The notes beneath the pieces were generated by a model. That model saw nothing but the letters and a program-made list of their open reading frames with translations, did not search any database and had not been told where the DNA came from. Position numbers and translations under genes: made by a program. From the NCBI GenBank assembly GCA_965218785.1, contig OZ244650.1, positions 1,536,001 to 1,600,000 on the forward strand: a DNA stretch of 64,000 nt, given 5' to 3'. Positions 40,624 to 48,309 of this stretch are shown here, piece after piece. Source of the stretch: Nitrosopumilus sp. GTDB taxonomy: Archaea > Thermoproteota > Nitrososphaeria > Nitrososphaerales > Nitrosopumilaceae. Within the stretch, counting starts at the first letter, position 1. Every line of letters begins with the position of its first letter.

Positions 40624-42036
40624 TCAAGAAGTTAAGGCATCTGCAACAATAGGAATTATTTCCCATAATGCGAGATAATCGCCACTTGCTTGCATTTCAG
40701 AAGCTACTTCATCAGTGTACAAACCGTGAATGTTTATGGCAGGATGGGCAATACTGTTCAATCCCATTGGTGGGACAGCATCACTTGGATTGCCTAAAGC
40801 GTATGCATAAGATGCTACGGGTGCGGGGATAACTCCTTTCTCAACTAGAACTGGGTTCAAGCCGAATGGGTCACCTGCTACAAATACTGTAGCTGCACCA
40901 GTGTAAATTGCTGCATAATCATGGTTTACCGCTGCATATGCACCTGGTTCATCAAAGACCAAGTCAACAATCATGTTCTGTGAACCGCCAAGCAACCATG
41001 TTTCAGTTGCTGCGGATTGTACTCTGTTACCTTGTGTAACTCTATCCAAAATTTCCCCAACAATGTGGAAGAATACTGGTTCGTTACCCTGGTTTTCAAT
41101 AAAGAGTCTCACGTGTTGATCATTTTCAACAAACAGGAGTTGTGATTGGTATTGCTTGTGTTCAAGTCCATTCCATGGTTGTGCAACAAAGATGTTCTTG
41201 TTTACATCGCCATTGACAAGCAGGTTATGAGCCATGTTTGGAACATAACCAAATTGCATTCCGTTGACAACTGTTGCAGTGTTGTGATGTTTGAACATTG
41301 CTCCTGCATCATAGTTGCCTTCAGGTGTAAGATACAATTGATTGTACTGGAGTTGGAACTCTAGTGCGTCTGCATCATAGAACTTTCTGTCTAACTCACC
41401 GCTACCGCTTGTTTTTTCCACCATTAGTCTCTTGTATCCGTTTGCAGGATCAACGATTGCAATTCCGTACATGCCGGAAAATACGTGTTGATCCATTCCA
41501 ACCAAGTGGACACCAGAACAATGGTATTTGAAAACACCGGCTGCTTCAGCGATGTAACAATACTGACTTGTTTCGCCAGGATTGACAGACTCAAAAGCGC
41601 TTGAAGAGATTTGTGATGAGTGCATGTCGTTACCGTGACCGGTAACTTCATGAGCTGGAATTGAAAGCGTCATTTTTACGACATCGCCTTGTGTGACTCT
41701 AAGTGTTGGTCCTGGGACTTGTCCACTAAAGGTCATGGCATTGTATGTCTTTCCTCCCATGATTGGAAGTTCAACGCTTTCACCAGTTAGATCAAACTCG
41801 ACGACAGTGCGTCCGGATGATTCTAATGCACCGCAATCAGTATCTGCAAATGCTTGAGGCATTACAAGCTGTAAACCACCCATTTGATGGATTTGTTCAA
41901 GCACGTCAACATCCAATTTGGATGTATCAAGTGATTGTCCAGCAATCTGGGTTTGTGTGTATGTGCTTCCGAATAAGGTTGCGCCCATTACAGCTACGGC
42001 TGTAATTGTAAAGAGCATACTAATACGCTTATTCAT
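40624..42036 (-). CDS. nirK: Copper-containing nitrite reductase, AOA type
   Basis: Signal peptide; VPGPTLRV, HGNDMH, YHCSG....MDQHV.SGMYG, FHIVGE, VNHD. Confidence 0.92.
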   Translation of the reverse strand: MNKRISMLFTITAVAVMGATLFGSTYTQTQIAGQSLDTSKLDVDVLEQIHQMGGLQLVMPQAFADTDCGALESSGRTVVEFDLTGESVELPIMGGKTYNAMTFSGQVPGPTLRVTQGDVVKMTLSIPAHEVTGHGNDMHSSQISSSAFESVNPGETSQYCYIAEAAGVFKYHCSGVHLVGMDQHVFSGMYGIAIVDPANGYKRLMVEKTSGSGELDRKFYDADALEFQLQYNQLYLTPEGNYDAGAMFKHHNTATVVNGMQFGYVPNMAHNLLVNGDVNKNIFVAQPWNGLEHKQYQSQLLFVENDQHVRLFIENQGNEPVFFHIVGEILDRVTQGNRVQSAATETWLLGGSQNMIVDLVFDEPGAYAAVNHDYAAIYTGAATVFVAGDPFGLNPVLVEKGVIPAPVASYAYALGNPSDAVPPMGLNSIAHPAINIHGLYTDEVASEMQASGDYLALWEIIPIVADALTS

Positions 42037-42059
42037 TAAGCACCGTGATTTGTGAATCC

Positions 42060-42066
42060 TATATAA
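42060..42066 (-). promoter_or_regulatory. Putative TATA box of nirK
   Basis: TTATATA on the minus strand about 24 nt upstream of the ATG, consistent with a leaderless or short-leader archaeal promoter. Confidence 0.5.
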
Positions 42067-42146
42067 TAATTGCCCTTTGGCGTGTTGTAAAATTATGAAG
42101 AGGTCTGAAAAAGAATGAATAATAGAGGATATTGGATTAATTTAGA

Positions 42147-43508
42147 ATGAAATTTCGATTGGATCAAGACTCCCTTGGAAAAGTCAAAATCCCAGCTGAT
42201 GCGTATTATGGGGCATTTACCGGAAGAGCGATCAGGCAGTACAGGGTTACTGGAAACAAAAGCCATGGGAATTTGATCAGGTCGTTTGTAATGATAAAAC
42301 GCTCTGCCGCAGTTGCAAACATGAAGACAAAGGCCATTGATGTAAAACGTGGAAGGGCAATAGTTTCTGCATGTGATAAAATCCTGGCAGGTAAATTCAT
42401 GGAGCAGTTTGTTGTGGATATGATAAACTCGGGTGCGGGAACCGCCTTTAACATGAATACCAATGAAGTCATAGCAAATGTATCACTTGAAATATTGCAC
42501 AAAAAGAAAGGACAGTATCAGTTCCTTCATCCAAATGATCACGTCAACATGTCACAGTCAAGTAATGACACGTATCCAACTGCAATGCATGTTGCAATTT
42601 TGATGAACCTAAAAGAAACAATTCCTGCCATCGATATTTTGATAAAGTCACTATCTAAAAAGGCAAAACAATTTTCATCATTTAAGAAAATCGGCAGAAC
42701 CCATCTAATGGATGCACTGCCGGTAACACTAGGAAGCGAGTTTGCAGCATATGCAACATCAATTAGCATGGCAAGAGATGCACTAGATGCATCACAAAAA
42801 GAATTACAAAATGTTGCATTGGGTGGGACAGCTGTAGGTTCTGGTGCAAACACCCCGAGAGGTTATAGAAGGATTGCAGTTACGGAACTTGCAAAAATTT
42901 CCAAATTACCACTCAAACTTGAAAAAGATATGCAGTATGGTTTACAAAGCAGGTTTGCAGTTGTCAATACGTCAAGTGCTTTACGAAATCTGGCACTAGA
43001 GATTGGGAAGATAGCAAATGATATCAGGCTAATGGCATCAGGTCCAATTGCAGGTCTTGCAGAACTGGGAATTCCTGCAGTACATGCAGGTTCATCCATA
43101 ATGCCCGGGAAGGTAAATCCATCTTTGGCAGAATGCATGAACATGATCTGTTTTAATGTAATTGGAAACGACACAGCTGTTGCTTGTGCGGCGCAAAGTG
43201 GGCAGTTTGAACTCAATGTCATGTTGCCTGGAATGCTGAAATGTATGTTGGAATCAACAGACATGCTCAAAAATTTCTTGCCAGTGTTTTCTGCAAACCT
43301 AATTGACGGGCTTTCTGCAAACAGGGACAAGTTACGCAAAGACATTGAAAACAGTCCGGTAATCGTGACGTTATTGACTCCAAAGATCGGATATCTGAAA
43401 TCTGCCGAGCTCTTCAAAGAATCGTTAAAGACGGGAAAGACCATAAGGGAATTGGTCGTTTCAAAGAAATTATTGAGTAATAAGGAGATTAGTTCCCTAT
43501 TTGGATAA
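42147..43508 (+). CDS. Class II fumarate hydratase / aspartate ammonia-lyase
   Basis: DSLG, HPNDHVNMSQSSND, GRTHLMDA, GSSIMPGKVNP. Confidence 0.92.
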   Translation: MKFRLDQDSLGKVKIPADAYYGAFTGRAIRQYRVTGNKSHGNLIRSFVMIKRSAAVANMKTKAIDVKRGRAIVSACDKILAGKFMEQFVVDMINSGAGTAFNMNTNEVIANVSLEILHKKKGQYQFLHPNDHVNMSQSSNDTYPTAMHVAILMNLKETIPAIDILIKSLSKKAKQFSSFKKIGRTHLMDALPVTLGSEFAAYATSISMARDALDASQKELQNVALGGTAVGSGANTPRGYRRIAVTELAKISKLPLKLEKDMQYGLQSRFAVVNTSSALRNLALEIGKIANDIRLMASGPIAGLAELGIPAVHAGSSIMPGKVNPSLAECMNMICFNVIGNDTAVACAAQSGQFELNVMLPGMLKCMLESTDMLKNFLPVFSANLIDGLSANRDKLRKDIENSPVIVTLLTPKIGYLKSAELFKESLKTGKTIRELVVSKKLLSNKEISSLFG

Positions 43509-43511
43509 ATT

Positions 43512-44780
43512 ATGGCAAAGATTTTCGTAGAAGCATACGGATGTTCTGCAAGCTTCGCAGATTCAGAGATGATTTCAGGATTGCTTCTAAATGGAGGCCA
43601 TACTCTTGTTGATGATTCCTCGGATTCTGATCTAAATGTGGTCGTCACGTGTTCTGTCAAAGACGCAACTGCCAACAAAATGATTCATAGAATAAAATCA
43701 TTAAAGTCAAAACCGCTAGTTGTCGCAGGCTGCCTTCCAAAGGCAGAGAGGGATACTGTTGAAAAATTTTCAGAAAACGCCAGTTTGCTTGGACCAAACT
43801 CACTTGGGAAGACACTTCAGGTAATTGATTCAACACTAAATGGGCAAAAACAAATCGCGTTAGAAGACTCTGATTTGTCCAAAGTGGGATTGCCAAAAGT
43901 CAGGCTAAACCCGGCAGTCGGAATCATAGAGATTGCAAGTGGATGTATGAGTGAATGTACATTTTGCCAGACCAAGTTATCCAAAGGAGATCTTACAAGT
44001 TACAGGTTGGGGGATATTGTAAGGCAGGTTCAAACGGATCTCAAAGACGGATGTAAAGAAATCTGGTTAACATCTACAGATAACGGATGTTATGGATTTG
44101 ATATTGGAACTGATTTGCCATCACTGGTAAATGCCGTCACCTGTATTCCAGAAGATTTTATGGTCAGGGTTGGCATGATGAATCCAATGTACATGCCAAG
44201 AATCAAAGAAGAGTTGATAAAATCCTTTGATAACGACAAGGTCTTCAAATTTCTACATATCCCGGTACAGAGTGGAAGTGACAGAGTACTAAATGACATG
44301 AAGCGTGGCCATACTACCGGAACATATAGGGAGATCGTAAACAAGGTAAGGCAGAGATTTGGGAATTTCACCATTTCAACTGATGTAATAGTGGGATTTC
44401 CTTCAGAGACCATAAAGGACTTTGAAAAGACTGTAGATTTGCTCGATGAGACAAGGCCAGATGTGGTAAACCTGTCTAGATACAGTGCAAGACCTGGGAC
44501 TGATGCTGCAAAATGGAAACAGATCGATGTTTCAGAAGTAAAACGAAGAAGCAAGATAATTTTTGAACAGATCAACAAAATATCAATAAAAAACAACAAA
44601 AAGTGGATCGGATGGACAGGCAAAGTCCTGTTTGATGAAAAGACAGATGAGGGTATCAAGGGTAGAAACTTTGCCTACAAGCCTGTTTTTGTACGAGATG
44701 GTGTCGACATTGGTCAATATCATACAGTAGAGATTACAGATATTACTGTAAACAGCCTTCTTGGAAAGATCGCAAGCTAA
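43512..44780 (+). CDS. tRNA t6A methylthiotransferase (MiaB-like, archaeal/e-MtaB type)
   Basis: UPF0004 N-domain (YGC..S, TCSV), radical SAM CMSECTFC, HIPVQSGS, TRAM domain. Confidence 0.9.
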   Translation: MAKIFVEAYGCSASFADSEMISGLLLNGGHTLVDDSSDSDLNVVVTCSVKDATANKMIHRIKSLKSKPLVVAGCLPKAERDTVEKFSENASLLGPNSLGKTLQVIDSTLNGQKQIALEDSDLSKVGLPKVRLNPAVGIIEIASGCMSECTFCQTKLSKGDLTSYRLGDIVRQVQTDLKDGCKEIWLTSTDNGCYGFDIGTDLPSLVNAVTCIPEDFMVRVGMMNPMYMPRIKEELIKSFDNDKVFKFLHIPVQSGSDRVLNDMKRGHTTGTYREIVNKVRQRFGNFTISTDVIVGFPSETIKDFEKTVDLLDETRPDVVNLSRYSARPGTDAAKWKQIDVSEVKRRSKIIFEQINKISIKNNKKWIGWTGKVLFDEKTDEGIKGRNFAYKPVFVRDGVDIGQYHTVEITDITVNSLLGKIAS

Positions 44781-44853
44781 ATTTTTTAGATCTAAAATTT
44801 GATTAAAAAAACGTAAGAAGGTTTTTTATGTAAATCAGCGAACAAAATTTGAA

Positions 44854-45804
44854 ATGAGTTTTCAGGTAAAGGAGCCGATTCTAGTAATAGGTTTAGGCGG
44901 GATAGGCTCAAAATTGGCAGATGAGGCCAGATCTTCACTCAATTCGGACTGTCTACTAATCAGTAATGATGAAAGGGACTTTTCATCAGATACCACACAT
45001 ATTCATATTTCAACAAAATCAGTTGTAAATCCAACTGTTCAATTAATCAGAGGTTCAACTTACAGTGCCGCCGAACAAATAAAGACAAAGATTCGGGATT
45101 ACGCTACAATTGTCTTGATGAGTAATTTGGCCGGAAAAGCAGGCTCTGCCATGGCACCTGTGGTATCAGAGATGTGCAAAGAGGCAGGTAAAGGTTTGAT
45201 TTCATTTGCAATTATGCCTTTCAAATATGAAAAAGACAGGATTTTTAATTCCGGCGTATCACTAAAACGGGTTAGGGAGAATTCTGAATGCACCGTTGTT
45301 CTTGATAATGATTCATTACTTGAGAGCAATCCGGATTTGAGTCCCAAGGCATGCTATGAAATTGCAAACTCTGCAATCATGCATATAGTAAAATCACTTG
45401 ATTCAACAGAGACATCTTCAGATACAAACATCCTCACTACGAGTAAAACGGGACAAAATATTGAAGAATCGCTCAGAGATTCACTGAAAATGCTCTATGG
45501 AAATGCTCCTCCAAACACGGTAAAACGTTCAATGTTGTATGTAGTTGGAGGAAACAATATCCCGGCAGGAGTGCTAAACTCAATTTCAAATCTTACTAAT
45601 GGCATCCTCAATGAAAGCAATTCACAAATAGATGTGACATCGACTTCTAAGGAATCCAAGGTAATAATGCTGTCTTCTGTTCAAGGAATGACAAAATTCG
45701 ACAACTATGATCCACTTGGAATGATTCCACGGGAAGACATGCTTGATTGGTCTACACCAGATTGCAGTATTGATTGCAAACTAGATCTTTATCAATTGGA
45801 ATAA
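44854..45804 (+). CDS. ftsZ: Divergent thaumarchaeal FtsZ/tubulin-family protein
   Basis: VIGLGGIG, LAGKAGSA, MPFKYE, LDNDSL. Confidence 0.85.
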   Translation: MSFQVKEPILVIGLGGIGSKLADEARSSLNSDCLLISNDERDFSSDTTHIHISTKSVVNPTVQLIRGSTYSAAEQIKTKIRDYATIVLMSNLAGKAGSAMAPVVSEMCKEAGKGLISFAIMPFKYEKDRIFNSGVSLKRVRENSECTVVLDNDSLLESNPDLSPKACYEIANSAIMHIVKSLDSTETSSDTNILTTSKTGQNIEESLRDSLKMLYGNAPPNTVKRSMLYVVGGNNIPAGVLNSISNLTNGILNESNSQIDVTSTSKESKVIMLSSVQGMTKFDNYDPLGMIPREDMLDWSTPDCSIDCKLDLYQLE

Positions 45805-45837
45805 AGTAATTTTTTAAAATCATAATTTTTTGAAAGA

Positions 45838-46482
45838 TTATTCTTTCTTTGGTTCTTTTTTAGCTGGTTTGTCCTTGTTTGGAGCTTCCTTTTTTGGAGC
45901 TGGTTTGTCCTTGTTTGGAGCTTCCTTTTTTGGAGCTGGTTTGTCCTTGTTTGGAGCTTCCTTTTTTGGAGCTGGTTTGTCCTTGTTTGGAGCTTCCTTT
46001 TTTGGAGCTGGTTTGTCCTTGTTTGGAGCTTCCTTTTTTGGAGCTGGTTTGTCCTTGTTTGGAGCTTCCTTTTTTGGAGATTCTGCCTTTTCCTCAATCT
46101 TGGATTCTTTTACAGATGGTTCTTCTACCTTGTCCTCAACCTTGGATTCTTTTACAGATGGTTCTTCTACCTTGTCCTCAACCTTGGATTCTTGTTTTTC
46201 AGGAATTGCTTTAGATTCTGCCTCTTCATCATATGGAGAAACAAGAACATAACCTTCATCAGTTTTGCTCATTCTAACTCTAATTTTTCTTGGAGGGCGG
46301 CGAATTCCTTTTGCCCAGATTTGATGGGATAGTTCTTCCTCAATTTTAACGGATTCCACCTTCATGTGATGTCTGGCAAATTCTTTAATCATGTTAATTG
46401 CCCTAACAGATCTGTGTTGTGATTGTGAAAGCAAAGCCTTACCTAGATTAATTGTATAAACTCGTTCTAATTCTTGAGACAA
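45838..46482 (-). CDS. rpl31e: 50S ribosomal protein eL31 with long repetitive C-terminal tail
   Basis: ERVYTINL, RAI..IKEFA.HHMK, IWAKGIRRPPRKIRVR; adjacent to rpl39e. Confidence 0.95.
   Translation of the reverse strand: MSQELERVYTINLGKALLSQSQHRSVRAINMIKEFARHHMKVESVKIEEELSHQIWAKGIRRPPRKIRVRMSKTDEGYVLVSPYDEEAESKAIPEKQESKVEDKVEEPSVKESKVEDKVEEPSVKESKIEEKAESPKKEAPNKDKPAPKKEAPNKDKPAPKKEAPNKDKPAPKKEAPNKDKPAPKKEAPNKDKPAPKKEAPNKDKPAKKEPKKE
45862..46077 (-). repeat. 36-bp perfect tandem repeat x6 encoding PKKEAPNKDKPA
   Basis: AGCTGGTTTGTCCTTGTTTGGAGCTTCCTTTTTTGG repeated six times with no spacers. Confidence 0.98.
46099..46192 (-). repeat. 42-bp tandem repeat (about 2.2 copies) encoding ESKVEDKVEEPSVK
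   Basis: CTTGGATTCTTTTACAGATGGTTCTTCTACCTTGTCCTCAAC x2 plus a partial copy. Confidence 0.95.
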
Positions 46483-46641
46483 CTATCCTACCTCCACATC
46501 AGTTGATCTCCAAGCCCTGCGTTTTGGATTTGTTCTAACAGATCTTTTTGTTTTTAGAATTATCCAAGCTGGCACCGGTGAAGTCTGCCTTGTCTTTTTT
46601 AGCAGACGTATTTTTCTTGGAGAAGACTTGCGTGCAGCCAT
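46483..46641 (-). CDS. rpl39e: 50S ribosomal protein eL39
   Basis: MAARKSSPRKIRLLKKTRQTSPVPAWIILKTKRSVRTNPKRRAWRSTDVEVG*; absent from ORF track (52 aa). Confidence 0.95.
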   Translation of the reverse strand: MAARKSSPRKIRLLKKTRQTSPVPAWIILKTKRSVRTNPKRRAWRSTDVEVG

Positions 46642-46952
46642 AGATTTTCAGGCACAGAGAGCTCTTTTTAAATGAATCTCATGATTACGCTGGAAAATTC
46701 GAGGGTGTTTTGCAAAATTTAATCCCAAAAACATCTGATTGTAATATATGATTCCACGTTTGTAAGTTTTTGTTCCTCGATTATTTGCAATGTATCTGCC
46801 AACTGGTATCTTTTTTCTTGTCCTTTGCAACAAATTTGGCAATTTCATATCGTAAAATCCTGACTTCCAAATCGGGTAATTATCAGTTGATGTCGAATTA
46901 TATTTAGATCCGGCCGATCCAAAATATTTAATCTTTGACTAGTGGTATTCTC

Positions 46953-47501
46953 CTACGATTTGACGAGATTTTGAATCTGTCTTAGGATTCGGGCCGAAGC
47001 CCCCCACACCATCTGGTTTTGATACTCGAATGCATACATTTCTTGAATTGTGTTATGAGATGGATCCGGATCATCAGTCATAGTTTCCAGAAACGGTTCT
47101 AATGGAATATGGAAAATTTTTTCAACTTCAGAATTTGTAGTAAGTGCGGGAATCTGATCAATGATTGAGACGAAAGGTAAAATCAAAAAACCAGAATTCA
47201 AAGTAATGACTGGATCTAACTGGCCAATTACCTGCTCTTTGGTAATTGTCAGTCCAATCTCTTCACGAGTTTCACGTAATGCCGTTTGTAGAAGATCTGA
47301 ATCATCAGCATCCAACTTTCCACCGGGAAAAGAGATTTCGCCGGCATGAAATTTCATATGTTTGGGTTTTTCAGTCATCAAAATAATGGGATTTTTTCCA
47401 TAAATTACTACAAGAACTGATGCCAGTCTGCGGCTTTCAGTATTTTCTATCTGGGTATTGATCGTACTTGAAAGAATTGGTTTTAAATCATCTAAGAACA
47501 T
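46953..47501 (-). CDS. Nudix hydrolase, CoA pyrophosphatase (NUDT7/8-like)
   Basis: HAGEISFPGG, TALRETREEIG, VWGASA. Confidence 0.92.
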   Translation of the reverse strand: MFLDDLKPILSSTINTQIENTESRRLASVLVVIYGKNPIILMTEKPKHMKFHAGEISFPGGKLDADDSDLLQTALRETREEIGLTITKEQVIGQLDPVITLNSGFLILPFVSIIDQIPALTTNSEVEKIFHIPLEPFLETMTDDPDPSHNTIQEMYAFEYQNQMVWGASARILRQIQNLVKS

Positions 47502-47574
47502 CCTGTTTCATTCCTACTATTCCATATGGGTTTTGGTATTCAAAGGTTTTAACCAAGAATAAAAAAAAGACAGC

Positions 47575-48309
47575 ATGACAATCAGATACGAAGCTAATCC
47601 TCCCAAAATATTACCCGATACAAATACAGATGAGTTACTTGTAAAATTCATTGAAAAAATAAAAATCATCTCAAAAAAATGTGACGCAATACATCTGACT
47701 GAAAACGTATTAGGACAACAAAGAATGTCCCCCATCAAAGTGGGAAGGATTATCAAAGAGGAGATTCCAAACATGCCAATCACAGTTAGTCTAAGAGTCA
47801 GAGACAAGACTAGAGATGAGATTTCAGAGTTTGTAGATAGCTGCATTTCCACGGGTTTTTCTGGAATTTTGATATTGATGGGGGATGTATCACAAACCGG
47901 AATACAGGATTCAGGTCAGATTCCAAGTACAACTGTAAAGAGATTAAGAGAGCAGGGTATTGATGCAAAAATTGACTTGTATCTTTCAATTTCAAACAAA
48001 CCTGATTTTTCAAAAATTGGAAGAAAATTAAAAGCAAAACCCAGAGGATTCATGACGCAGGTAGTTCAAAATCCCGAACAGGTTCAAAATATTGTTGAGA
48101 ATCTGAAAGGATTTTCGATAATCCCAATCATCCTGTTTCCTTCCAAAAAAAATGAAAAATCGGCAAAATTTTTGAATTTGGATCTGACAGCATACAATCA
48201 GAAATTTGAGGAATTTGTAAAAAAAGTGCATGAAATTACCGGAGACGTGTTAATTACATCACCAAATGATTTTTCCGGTCTGAATGAATTTTTAGAAAAA
48301 TCCGGTTAA
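47575..48309 (+). CDS. metF: Methylenetetrahydrofolate reductase-like protein
   Basis: YE.NPPK, RVRD, ILMGD, FMTQ; convergent with metH. Confidence 0.7.
   Translation: MTIRYEANPPKILPDTNTDELLVKFIEKIKIISKKCDAIHLTENVLGQQRMSPIKVGRIIKEEIPNMPITVSLRVRDKTRDEISEFVDSCISTGFSGILILMGDVSQTGIQDSGQIPSTTVKRLREQGIDAKIDLYLSISNKPDFSKIGRKLKAKPRGFMTQVVQNPEQVQNIVENLKGFSIIPIILFPSKKNEKSAKFLNLDLTAYNQKFEEFVKKVHEITGDVLITSPNDFSGLNEFLEKSG

Noticed and set aside
38731-44659. Long antisense ORFs (e.g. 38731-39534, 42863-43678, 44090-44659)
   Set aside because: They are codon-aligned mirrors of well-supported genes on the other strand with no independent motifs.
45862-46077. 36-bp direct repeats as a CRISPR array
   Set aside because: The repeats are contiguous with no spacers, lie in frame inside rpl31e, and no cas genes are nearby.
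45792-46252. Alternative-frame ORFs over the eL31 repeat (45792-46097, 45830-46252, 45879-46214)
   Set aside because: They stay open only because the 36-bp unit lacks stops; they are shadows of rpl31e.
46648-46848. 66-aa basic ORF upstream of rpl39e
   Set aside because: It has no recognisable motif and its 3' end covers the probable rpl39e promoter, so it cannot be supported as a gene.
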